Virus record (IMG/VR): IMGVR_UViG_3300020036_002522
DNA length: 64,000 nt
Origin: a virus
Reading direction: 5' to 3' (one strand)
Shown here: positions 1 through 8,348 of the stretch, one piece after another
Numbering within the stretch: the first letter of the stretch is position 1
How the letters are laid out: each line of letters opens with the position of its first letter
Notes under the pieces: model-generated
What the model was told of the DNA's origin: nothing
The model's database searches: none
The model's input: the letters and a program-made list of their open reading frames with translations, nothing else
Program-made: the position numbers and the translations under genes

Positions 1-245
1 TACCAAAAGACGCACCGCGTGTTGAATCCCGTGATGATGCGCGTGACATGGTGCACGCTGCACTGGAAGCCTGCTTCGCTACACCCCCAACGGCCGGCGC
101 GGTGGTGCTGCTCAACGACATACGTGGTACGCGCATGTTCAACATCAACATGGATGCCGAAGAACTGGTGACTACATTGTGCAGCAGCGGTGCGAAGCTG
201 GCCGATGACCTCGGGTTCACGGATGTGGAAAGGGTTCTGCAATGA
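1..245 (+). CDS. hypothetical protein, 5' end cut by window edge
   Basis: The frame of ORF 48..245 stays open back to position 3. Its TGA (243-245) overlaps the polymerase ATG (242-244) as ATGA. Confidence 0.45.
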   Translation, partial: PKDAPRVESRDDARDMVHAALEACFATPPTAGAVVLLNDIRGTRMFNINMDAEELVTTLCSSGAKLADDLGFTDVERVLQ

Positions 246-2284
246 GTAAACCTTATAAGACCCTGCTTTGTCTGGACGCGGAAACGAGGTGGTCTAGCAA
301 GCCAACGCTATGGCGCGAGGAGCCGCTGACTTTGAGCAAAATGACAACCGAAGCGTACATCCGCGATCCGCTGTTCAAAGCGTTCGGGTTCTGCATCCAC
401 GAGTACGGTACGGACAAGGCAACGCAATGGTATCGGCACGACGAGCTGCCCCACATCTTCTCCATGTACGACTGGAAGACAACGGCCGTTCTGGCACACA
501 ACGCGCAGTTCGATGTGGGCATTCTGTCGATGATCTACGGTATTCAACCGTGCTTCATCTTCGATTCCCTGTCGATGGCGCGGGCGCTGCGTGGCGTGGA
601 GGTTGGCAACTCGCTGATGAAGCTGGCCGAAGTGTTCGGGCTACCGCCAAAGGGGCGTGCCGTGCACAGCACCGACGGGTTGTACGAGTTGACGCCAGAG
701 ATCGAGCACGAGCTGGCCGAATACTGCAAGCATGACGTGTTCTTGTGCGAAGAGATTTTCACAAGACTGTTGACCGGCATGCACGGCGGCGGCAAGATTC
801 ACGACGCGTACCCAACCAAGGAGCTGCGCCTGATCGACATGACCATCCGCATGTTCACGAAGCCCCAGTTGATTCTCGACGTGCCCATGCTGGAGAAGGC
901 CCGCGACGAAGAGAACGAGAAGCTGCGCGTGGCACTGGAGCGCACCGGGGTGCAGGAGTCCGACTTGGCCAGCAACGACAAGTTTGCCGAGATTCTGGAG
1001 AAGATGGGCGTGCTACCACCAACCAAGAAGAAGCGCCCGACACTGAAGACGCCCAACCCTGTCGGTGAGAACTTCGCGTTCGCCAAGAACGACGCCCACT
1101 TCCAGCAGATGCTCAACGGTGACGACGAAGATGTGGCGCTGCTGTGCGAAGCAAGGCTGCGGGTGAAGTCCACACTGGAGCGCACCCGGGCCCAACGCTT
1201 CATCGACATCGCATCACGCGGGGCGCTGCCGGTACCCTTGGCCTACTACGGTGCGGAGACCGGGCGCTGGCAGGCCGCCAAGGGCAGCAGCATCAACTTC
1301 CAGAACATGAAGCGGGGCTCGTTCCTGCGTAAGTCAATCATGGCGCCGGATGGGTACGTGATTGTGGTTGGTGACTTGTCCCAGATCGAGCCGCGTGTGC
1401 TTGCATGGATTGCGGACTACCACAACATGCTGGAGATATTCCGCGCGGGTGGTGACCCCTACGCTACGTTCGGTTCGCAGATGTTCAACATACCGGGACT
1501 CAACAAGGACACACACCCCCTGCTACGTCAGAGCGCGAAGTCGGCTTTGTTGGGCTGCGGTTACCAGCTTGGCTGGGCGTCGTTCAGCGCGCAGTTGTTG
1601 GTCGGGTTCCTTGGCGCGCCACCCAAGCGCTACACCAAGGCTGAGGCGCTGCAGCTCGGGGTCACTGGTGAACACGTTAAGCGCTTCATCAACAACAAGT
1701 GGCATATGGAGAAGATGTTCGAGATCGCGCGCACCTGCACCGACGAAGAACTGCTGATCCACTGCCTTGCTGCCAAAGCTATTGTGGAGAAGTACCGGGC
1801 TGCAGCGGAGCCGGTGGTGGGCTTTTGGAAGCTCTTGCAGGAGCGTATTACCAGCAGCCTTATCGGCGGTGAGGTGTACGAACACAAAGGCGTGTTCACC
1901 ATGAAAAAAGAAGAAATAGTGCTTGTAAACGGCATGAGTTTGAAGTATCCTAACATTGAAATCTGCAAGGACGAACGCGGGCATACCGAGTTTCGTTTTG
2001 GCACAGGGGATAAGAAAGGTAAGCTGTACGCGGGACGTATTTGCAACAACATAACGCAGGGTCTTGCGCGTATCGTCATGTCTGACGGGATGCTGCGCAC
2101 TGCGAAGCGTTATGACGTTTTGGGAACGGTGCACGACGAGCAGCTTGACTTGGCACCAGAGGAGGAAGCAGAAGCAGCGAAGGCATGGGTTCACGCGCAG
2201 ATGATCGTGGAACCCAAATGGATGCCGGGCATTCCGCTCAATGCGGACGTCGGCTACAACAAACGATACGGGTTAGCAAAATAG
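242..2284 (+). CDS. family A (Pol I-like) DNA polymerase with 3'-5' exonuclease domain
   Basis: 680-aa ORF. Exo motifs: LCLDAET (DxE), AHNAQFDVG, YCKHDV. Polymerase motifs: A GDLSQIEPRVLA, B RQSAKSALLGCGYQLG, C VHDEQ. Confidence 0.9.
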   Translation: MSKPYKTLLCLDAETRWSSKPTLWREEPLTLSKMTTEAYIRDPLFKAFGFCIHEYGTDKATQWYRHDELPHIFSMYDWKTTAVLAHNAQFDVGILSMIYGIQPCFIFDSLSMARALRGVEVGNSLMKLAEVFGLPPKGRAVHSTDGLYELTPEIEHELAEYCKHDVFLCEEIFTRLLTGMHGGGKIHDAYPTKELRLIDMTIRMFTKPQLILDVPMLEKARDEENEKLRVALERTGVQESDLASNDKFAEILEKMGVLPPTKKKRPTLKTPNPVGENFAFAKNDAHFQQMLNGDDEDVALLCEARLRVKSTLERTRAQRFIDIASRGALPVPLAYYGAETGRWQAAKGSSINFQNMKRGSFLRKSIMAPDGYVIVVGDLSQIEPRVLAWIADYHNMLEIFRAGGDPYATFGSQMFNIPGLNKDTHPLLRQSAKSALLGCGYQLGWASFSAQLLVGFLGAPPKRYTKAEALQLGVTGEHVKRFINNKWHMEKMFEIARTCTDEELLIHCLAAKAIVEKYRAAAEPVVGFWKLLQERITSSLIGGEVYEHKGVFTMKKEEIVLVNGMSLKYPNIEICKDERGHTEFRFGTGDKKGKLYAGRICNNITQGLARIVMSDGMLRTAKRYDVLGTVHDEQLDLAPEEEAEAAKAWVHAQMIVEPKWMPGIPLNADVGYNKRYGLAK

Positions 2285-2293
2285 GAAAACACA

Positions 2294-2581
2294 ATGAAAA
2301 TCAAAGTCGGTAAATCGCGGTACACGGTGACATTCCCAGATGTCGTCGAACCTAGCTGTATTGTTCACGGGCGCGTGAACTATGTCGACAAGACGATACA
2401 GATCGCACAACGCGCAGGTTGGCCCCTGCGCAAGATCAGCGACAAGCAGAAAGACGCTACGTTGTGGCATGAGCTGACCCACGCTATCCTCAAGGACATG
2501 GGTTCGCGCAAAGCAGCGGACGAGGTGTTTGTGGATGAGCTGTCCAAGCGGATGCAACAAGTAGCGGAGCAACTGGAATGA
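2294..2581 (+). CDS. small HExxH (zincin-like) protein
   Basis: 95-aa ORF. The only recognisable motif is LWHELTHAIL (HExxH). Its stop overlaps the next ATG (ATGA, 2578-2581). Confidence 0.5.
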   Translation: MKIKVGKSRYTVTFPDVVEPSCIVHGRVNYVDKTIQIAQRAGWPLRKISDKQKDATLWHELTHAILKDMGSRKAADEVFVDELSKRMQQVAEQLE

Positions 2582-3255
2582 CAACGCCTGTTAATGTGAC
2601 GTTCAGCCACTCTTCACTGAAGGACTTCCAAAACTGCCCAAGGAAATACTACGAGGTCAAGGTACTTGAGAAGTACCCGCGTGAGGAGACGGAGGCCACA
2701 GCCTACGGCACGCAACTGCACGAGCAATGTGAACTGCACATTCGTGATGGTCGCCCGCTGGATCAGAACTTCCGCTTCCTGCAACCTGTTCTGGACAAGC
2801 TAAAGGCCATGCCGGGGCGCAAGTATCCCGAGTATGAGATGGCGCTCACCAAGGACTTGCGGGTGTGTAATTTCCATGCTCCCGACCGGTGGGTGCGGGG
2901 TATCGCAGACTTGATCATCGTGGACGACGACAACCTCACAGCGCGCGTCTTCGACTACAAATCCGGTAGCGACAAGTACCCCGACACGTCACAGCTTGAA
3001 CTCATGGCGCTGATGATTTTCAAACACTTCCCTCACATCCGCAGCGTGTCGGGCGGGCTGCTGTTCGTGCTCAAGAACTCTGTGCGCAAGTGCAAGGTCG
3101 AGCTGGATATGCAGGACAAGATGTGGTGGAAGTACCGCGAAGAGGTGGCGCGTATCGAGCAGGCCCACGCCACCGGTGTGTGGAACCCGAAGCAGTCGGG
3201 ATTGTGCCGCAAGTGGTGCCCTGTGTTGGACTGTAGTTTTAATGGAAGGAACTGA
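2578..3255 (+). CDS. PD-(D/E)XK nuclease, Cas4/RecB-like with Cys cluster
   Basis: 225 aa. GIADLIIVDDD ... VFDYKSG matches the D...(D/E)xK core. One N-terminal Cys (FQNCPRKYY) plus C-terminal CRKWCPVLDC resembles the Cas4/AddB 4-Cys arrangement. Confidence 0.7.
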   Translation: MTTPVNVTFSHSSLKDFQNCPRKYYEVKVLEKYPREETEATAYGTQLHEQCELHIRDGRPLDQNFRFLQPVLDKLKAMPGRKYPEYEMALTKDLRVCNFHAPDRWVRGIADLIIVDDDNLTARVFDYKSGSDKYPDTSQLELMALMIFKHFPHIRSVSGGLLFVLKNSVRKCKVELDMQDKMWWKYREEVARIEQAHATGVWNPKQSGLCRKWCPVLDCSFNGRN

Positions 3256-3257
3256 AA

Positions 3258-3518
3258 ATGCCCAAGTCAAGTAAACAAAAGCTCGCGTTCCAAAAGGCCT
3301 ACAACGCGCGCCCCGAAGAGATTCGGAAACGTATTCTCAACAACGCGGCCCGCGCAGAAGCCCTCAAGAAAGGTCTCGTGCACGTCGGTGACAACAAGGA
3401 CGTTGCGCACATCAAAGCGCTTGAGAACGGTGGCGGCAACACACCGGGCAACACCAAGGTGCAGAGCGAGAAAGCGAATCGCGGCTGGCGCAAAGGCAAG
3501 TCCGGATACAACCCGTAA
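3258..3518 (+). CDS. small basic protein with weak HNH-like motif
   Basis: 86 aa. KDVAHIKALENGGGNTPGNTKVQSEKANR resembles the His-Asn-Asn core of HNH nucleases. The assignment is weak. Confidence 0.35.
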   Translation: MPKSSKQKLAFQKAYNARPEEIRKRILNNAARAEALKKGLVHVGDNKDVAHIKALENGGGNTPGNTKVQSEKANRGWRKGKSGYNP

Positions 3519-3539
3519 CGTAGAAAGGAAAAACACAAC

Positions 3540-4019
3540 ATGGCAATGACAAAAAATGAATCGTACGACAGAGAACGCAATAAGCTAGAAGAACATTTCG
3601 GCACCGCAAGGTCACGTGCTATGCGTGACCTTGACGACAGGCAGCTACAGAGTTTAGATAGGCAGTACCGCCGTGCACGCGAGGCGCTGGAGCGTGAGTT
3701 TGCGAACCCCGCATTTGATGACTTCAACGATGCGCTGCGTTATGGGTTGGAGAATAAGTTCAACGTCCAGCCTATGCCGAAGGCTGCAGTACCGACCTTT
3801 GATCCGAACAAGGTCGCCTCACTGACGATGGAGTTGACTGAGCTTGAGGTTGCATGGGCTGCACGGTTCGCCCGTTGTTGGATCAAGGAGTCCGACTTCG
3901 AGAACCCAGAATCAACAAGCGAAGAACAGCGCTTCTGGCACCACGCGTTTAAGCGCCTTCGTATGCACAGCAAGTTCGAGTCTTACAACGCTTGGTCCCG
4001 GTTAAAGGAGGGTGTGTGA
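3540..4019 (+). CDS. hypothetical protein
   Basis: 159-aa ORF preceded by AAAGGAAAAACACAAC. It is co-oriented and tightly packed with its neighbours. Confidence 0.55.
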   Translation: MAMTKNESYDRERNKLEEHFGTARSRAMRDLDDRQLQSLDRQYRRAREALEREFANPAFDDFNDALRYGLENKFNVQPMPKAAVPTFDPNKVASLTMELTELEVAWAARFARCWIKESDFENPESTSEEQRFWHHAFKRLRMHSKFESYNAWSRLKEGV

Positions 4020-4528
4020 TGGGAATACAAAACTACCAAGAATACGCCGAGCAGCAGGACCGGATATACAAAGCAGACCTCGAAGCGAAACGTATCCAGG
4101 GGATGCAGAACGCGTTAGCCAACGGGTACGATGGACGGTTGACGCAAGGCTTCGGTCAGACTGCTGTGGGGATACAGCAGAACATAGCGCACACGCAAGG
4201 CCAACTGAATGCTATCAACAACGCCATGATGCATAACGCGGGCATGAGCAACAACGCCCGCTTCACTACGTTCCCCGGCGGTATGTTGGAGGAAAGTCGT
4301 ACAAACACCGTAATCGATCCCAACAAAAATCCCGCGCTTGTGCCGCCGTTGTCCGCGATTATTGATATGTGGCGTGCAGCGTTCGGTGATACGTGGGTCG
4401 GCATAAACGATCTCAAAAGCGAGAGGGACTTCTGGCGTGCCGCCGCATCGCGCATGCAGTCGCAGAAGCTGATGGAGACATGGGGCTCTTGTGCCCGACT
4501 TCTTGAGGAGCAATTTTGGAAATCCTAG
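4019..4528 (+). CDS. hypothetical protein
   Basis: The ATG at 4019 overlaps the upstream TGA (4017-4019) and follows AAGGAGG (4005-4011). The ORF track's longer start (3992) would lack an RBS. Confidence 0.5.
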   Translation: MGIQNYQEYAEQQDRIYKADLEAKRIQGMQNALANGYDGRLTQGFGQTAVGIQQNIAHTQGQLNAINNAMMHNAGMSNNARFTTFPGGMLEESRTNTVIDPNKNPALVPPLSAIIDMWRAAFGDTWVGINDLKSERDFWRAAASRMQSQKLMETWGSCARLLEEQFWKS

Positions 4529-6078
4529 AAAACAAAGCTGTCCGATTCAGGACACGTGATCCCCACAAATACAGCGTCATCCCCAAGCACCATGTGCAGG
4601 CCATCCCCGGGGGTTACGAGGTTACTGTCTACTGGTCTTTGGATGAAATGCGTGTACTCAAGAACCTTGGTGTCAAGAACGCACCATCGCCTATCGAGCG
4701 CACATACAACTGGCCCGGACGTTACAAGCCGATGTCCCACCAGAAAGCTACCGCAGGGTTCCTGACGCTACACCGCAGGGCGTTCAACTTCGGGGACCCG
4801 GGTACCGGCAAGACGATCAGTGCGTTATGGGCTGCCGACTATCTGATGCAGCGGGGCGAAGTGCGCCGGGTACTGGTAGTGTGCCCGTTGTCGATCATGC
4901 AGAGTGCGTGGATGGGGGACATCAACCGCAGTGTTATCCACCGTAGCGCAGTGGTAGCGCATCATGCACAGGCCTCCCGGCGTATTGAGCTCATCCAAGG
5001 CGATTACGAAATCGTAATCATCAACTACGACGGTCTCAACCTGTGCGCTGACGAGATCAAGGCAGACGGGCGCTTCGATCTGGTCATCATCGACGAGGCA
5101 AACGGCTACAGCAACGCGCAGACAAAGCGTTGGAAGTCGCTGGCCAAGATCATTCAGCCCCACACCTTTCTGTGGATGATGACCGGCACACCCGCTGCGC
5201 AGTCCCCGCTGAATGCGTACGGCTTGGCCAAACTGGTGAACCCCAACGCGGTACCAAGCTATTTCACCGGCTGGCGCGACAAGGTGATGAACAAGATCAC
5301 GACGTTCAAGTGGGCACCAAAGCCCGGTGCCAAGGACTTGGTGTTCAGTGTGCTGCAACCTGCAATACGTTTCACCAAAGCGCAGTGCCTTGATCTGCCG
5401 CCCGTCGTCAAGCAGACGCGTGAGGTGGCGTTGACTGCCCAACAGTTGAAATACTACCGGTTGATCAAAGACCAGATGCTGGCCGTGGCCGCAGGAGAGT
5501 CGATCAGCGCCGTGAACAAGGCGGCGGTGGTGTCCAAACTGCTCCAGATCAGCGCCGGTGCAGCGCTCACCGATGACAAGGACGTTGTGGAGTTCGACGC
5601 CACCCCAAGGCTCAACGTGTTGCTGGAAGTGTTGGAGGAGACGCAGCGCAAGGTGATCATCTTCGCCCTGTTCCGGGCCAGCATCGACGTCATCTCGACA
5701 TTCCTGAAAAAGCACGGCATCGCCACGGAAGAGATTCACGGGGGCGTCACCGCAACCAGACGCGGCGACATCATCCAGCGCTTCCAGAACGCGCAGGACC
5801 CACGGGTACTGGTCATGCAGCCGCAGGCCACAGCTCATGGTATTACGTTAACAGCAGCCGACACCGTGATCTTCTTCGGCCCGCTGATGTCCGTGGAGCA
5901 GTACGTGCAGTGCATCGCCCGGGCGGATCGCCAAGGACAGGACTCTGACAAGGTTACCGTTATCCACATTCAAGGGAGCCCAATCGAGAAGAAGATGTTC
6001 GACGCCATGGATTTGAAGGTTGACGACCATGCCGTACTGACACAGATGTTTGATGAAGAAATGGGGGTTAAAAAATAA
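4516..6078 (+). CDS. SNF2-family (SF2) helicase/ATPase
   Basis: 520 aa. Motif I GDPGTGKT, motif II LVIIDEANGY, motif III WMMTGTP, C-terminal lobe QPQATAHGITLT and QCIARADRQGQ. Confidence 0.85.
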   Translation: MEILENKAVRFRTRDPHKYSVIPKHHVQAIPGGYEVTVYWSLDEMRVLKNLGVKNAPSPIERTYNWPGRYKPMSHQKATAGFLTLHRRAFNFGDPGTGKTISALWAADYLMQRGEVRRVLVVCPLSIMQSAWMGDINRSVIHRSAVVAHHAQASRRIELIQGDYEIVIINYDGLNLCADEIKADGRFDLVIIDEANGYSNAQTKRWKSLAKIIQPHTFLWMMTGTPAAQSPLNAYGLAKLVNPNAVPSYFTGWRDKVMNKITTFKWAPKPGAKDLVFSVLQPAIRFTKAQCLDLPPVVKQTREVALTAQQLKYYRLIKDQMLAVAAGESISAVNKAAVVSKLLQISAGAALTDDKDVVEFDATPRLNVLLEVLEETQRKVIIFALFRASIDVISTFLKKHGIATEEIHGGVTATRRGDIIQRFQNAQDPRVLVMQPQATAHGITLTAADTVIFFGPLMSVEQYVQCIARADRQGQDSDKVTVIHIQGSPIEKKMFDAMDLKVDDHAVLTQMFDEEMGVKK

Positions 6079-6091
6079 ATTCAAAAACCGC

Positions 6092-6120
6092 TTGCAACCG
6101 CCAAAGTCCAGAGTTATACT
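6092..6120 (+). promoter_or_regulatory. sigma70-like promoter TTGCAA-N17-TATACT
   Basis: -35 at 6092-6097 and -10 at 6115-6120. It lies in the gap after the SNF2 stop, 26 nt upstream of the ATG at 6146, with AAGGAG at 6133-6138. Confidence 0.5.
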
Positions 6121-6145
6121 TTGGACAGTCACAAGGAGAAAACAC

Positions 6146-6550
6146 ATGACAGATGACATTGTTCCCATGGACAGACTTGCAAAAGTCTACGTGAAGATTC
6201 GTGAAAAGATCAGTGAACTGACGAAGGATTATGAGTCCCAAGTCGAAGCGCTCAAGGCGCAACAGGCCACGGTGGCCAGCACTATGAAGGACCAGTTGCG
6301 CGCTATGGGCTCGCTGTCCTCCAAGACCGAATACGGCACCGTATCGCTGATCACCAGTGTGCGTTACGTTGCGATGGACAAAGACGCGTTCAAGCAGTTC
6401 GTGTTGGATCAGGCCATGCCCGACCTCTACGAGCAACGTATTGCGCAAAAGAACATGGCGGAGTTTATCGACAAGAACCCCACCATTGCCGTGCCCGGAC
6501 TCAATGTGATGTCCGAAGTAACCATCTCCGTAAGGAAACCAACGAAATGA
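6146..6550 (+). CDS. hypothetical protein (coiled-coil N-terminus; possibly Gp157-like)
   Basis: The ATG at 6146 follows AAGGAGA. The N-terminus LAKVYVKIREKISELTKDYESQVEALKAQ is coiled-coil like. The family guess is from memory only. Confidence 0.5.
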   Translation: MTDDIVPMDRLAKVYVKIREKISELTKDYESQVEALKAQQATVASTMKDQLRAMGSLSSKTEYGTVSLITSVRYVAMDKDAFKQFVLDQAMPDLYEQRIAQKNMAEFIDKNPTIAVPGLNVMSEVTISVRKPTK

Positions 6551-6876
6551 TCACCCCGACTATTGGCCGCAAAATCTGGTTCTGGCCCAACCAAACTGCC
6601 GACGCAAGCTATACCGTGCTCGACGCCAAACAAGCGTTTGATGCATCGGTTGTGTTTGTCGCGAAGGACGAACGCGTGAACATCACCTTCAGTGACCACA
6701 CGGGCACCCCTTTCATTCGTCATAACGTGTTGGTACATCAAGGCGGCGAGCCGGTAGCAGCGGGCACGTGCTACTGCGCGTGGATGCCGTACCAACAAAG
6801 CGCTGCAGCCGCAGCAGCACCCGCCGCTTTCGTGTCAGAGAAAACTACCACTTCCCGTAAAACAACTTCCAAGTAA
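6547..6876 (+). CDS. hypothetical protein
   Basis: 109-aa ORF. Its ATG overlaps the upstream stop (ATGA at 6547-6550). Confidence 0.5.
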   Translation: MITPTIGRKIWFWPNQTADASYTVLDAKQAFDASVVFVAKDERVNITFSDHTGTPFIRHNVLVHQGGEPVAAGTCYCAWMPYQQSAAAAAAPAAFVSEKTTTSRKTTSK

Positions 6877-6890
6877 CCCGAGAAAAAATC

Positions 6891-7943
6891 ATGGCCACAA
6901 ACCAAGTAACAGTTTTCAATCCTTCCGCAATGCGTCCCGCCTTCGCTACCAAAGGCGCTGTGTCTGCAGTCACCAAGGCCTTGGCCGGCGGTGCCAACTC
7001 CGGCAAGCGTGTGTCGGTGCGCGGCGGCGTGTTCCGCCTGATCGCTGATGGCAAAGAAGTCGCCGCCATCGACGAGCGCTACCTCGACGTGGTGTTGGTC
7101 AACGCGGCGCCCAAGGTCAGCCGTTCGTTCTACACCGGCACGTTCGATGCGGACAACCCAACCCCTCCTACCTGCTGGTCCGCTGACGGCGACAAGCCCG
7201 ACGATGCCGTGAAAGCCAAGTGCGCACCAACCTGCGCAAGCTGCCCCAACAACCAGAAGGGTTCGGGTCAGGGCGACTCCCGTGCCTGCCGCTTCAACCA
7301 ACGTGTTGCCGTGGTGTTGGCTAACGACATCGAAGGCGACGTCATGCAGCTCACACTGGCCGCGACATCCATCTTCGGTAAGGCCGAAGGCGAGAACCGT
7401 CCGCTGCAAGACTATGCGCGTTTCCACGCCGCACAGGGCAACGACATTACCATGATGGTAACTCGCCTGCGCTTCGACACCACGGCTGCAACGCCTAAGC
7501 TGTTCTTCAAAGCCATGCGCTGGTTGACGGAAGACGAGTTCGCCATCACCTCCGAGAAGGGTTCGTCGGTCGAAGCCATTCAGGCTATCACCATGACGGT
7601 ATCGCAGCAAGACGGTGTGGCTCCTGCCGCTGCCGCGCCGCTGCCGGCGCCCAAGCCAAAGGCAAAACCTGCGCCCGAGCCAGAGCCCGAGGAAGAAGCG
7701 GAGCCGCCCGCACCAGCGCCCAAGGCGAAGGCAAAACCCGCACCACTGCCGGACGACGAGGAAGCGCCCGCACCCGCACCGAAGCCCCGCGCCAAGGCCG
7801 CAACGAAGCCCGCTCCCAAGGAGTATGCGCAGGGCGGTGAGGAAGAGGAGGCCGCACCGGTGGTCAAGAAGGCCGCTGCAACTCCGGCACCCGTGGCCAA
7901 TGCGAGTCTTGCCGCTGTGCTCGACGGTTGGGATGACGAGTAA
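6891..7943 (+). CDS. putative ssDNA-binding-type protein (Cys cluster, PAPK linker, acidic tail)
   Basis: 350 aa. Globular N-terminal domain with CWSADGD...CAPTCASCPNN...ACRF. About 90 aa of Pro/Ala/Lys/Glu low complexity follows. The acidic C-terminus LDGWDDE resembles SSB tails. The location in the replication module fits. Confidence 0.45.
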   Translation: MATNQVTVFNPSAMRPAFATKGAVSAVTKALAGGANSGKRVSVRGGVFRLIADGKEVAAIDERYLDVVLVNAAPKVSRSFYTGTFDADNPTPPTCWSADGDKPDDAVKAKCAPTCASCPNNQKGSGQGDSRACRFNQRVAVVLANDIEGDVMQLTLAATSIFGKAEGENRPLQDYARFHAAQGNDITMMVTRLRFDTTAATPKLFFKAMRWLTEDEFAITSEKGSSVEAIQAITMTVSQQDGVAPAAAAPLPAPKPKAKPAPEPEPEEEAEPPAPAPKAKAKPAPLPDDEEAPAPAPKPRAKAATKPAPKEYAQGGEEEEAAPVVKKAAATPAPVANASLAAVLDGWDDE

Positions 7944-8020
7944 GTTAGTAGCCACTAACATAGTTTCTAGGGTGCGTCACACTTAACCGCAGCTGACGAC
8001 TGCAGCCCTAGTTCTACATC

Positions 8021-8323
8021 ATGCGCTACTACTCAAAAATCGTAAAGCAGCGCGTCAAGGCCGGGCCTAACACACCCGGCCTTGAACTTGCCCGTCTCGC
8101 TATCCTGCGGGACATCTCAATAAAAGAGATTGCTTATCTACTAGGCGCGTCGAGAATGACGGTCTACAATTGGTTTGCTGGCAGACAGACAACCAACGCC
8201 TACCGGCAGCGCGTAACACAACTTGTCAACATATTGAAGACAGCGCCCGACAATGACGCTGCATGGAGTAAAGCATGCGAGACCTTTCACCCCCAAACAC
8301 AACCGGTAACCAACCAGAAGTAA
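8021..8323 (+). CDS. helix-turn-helix DNA-binding protein
   Basis: 100 aa. ISIKEIAYLLGASRMTVYNWFAGRQ is a typical HTH segment. Confidence 0.6.
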   Translation: MRYYSKIVKQRVKAGPNTPGLELARLAILRDISIKEIAYLLGASRMTVYNWFAGRQTTNAYRQRVTQLVNILKTAPDNDAAWSKACETFHPQTQPVTNQK

Positions 8324-8348
8324 GTATCGCGCGTCGTCGCTCCGTCGT

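Noticed and set aside
6771-7961. 396-aa minus-strand ORF antisense to the SSB-like gene and its neighbour
   Set aside because: It is Arg/Gly/Cys/Leu-rich, a typical mirror-frame product of high-GC DNA. It overlaps well-supported plus-strand genes that have RBSs and coupling, and no start context is visible.
7944-8012. Small hairpins between the SSB-like and HTH genes (GTTAGT-AGCC-ACTAAC; CTAGGG...CCCTAG) as terminators
   Set aside because: The stems are short or AT-rich, or the loops are ~30 nt, and there is no T-run. They may be regulatory, but I cannot support a call.
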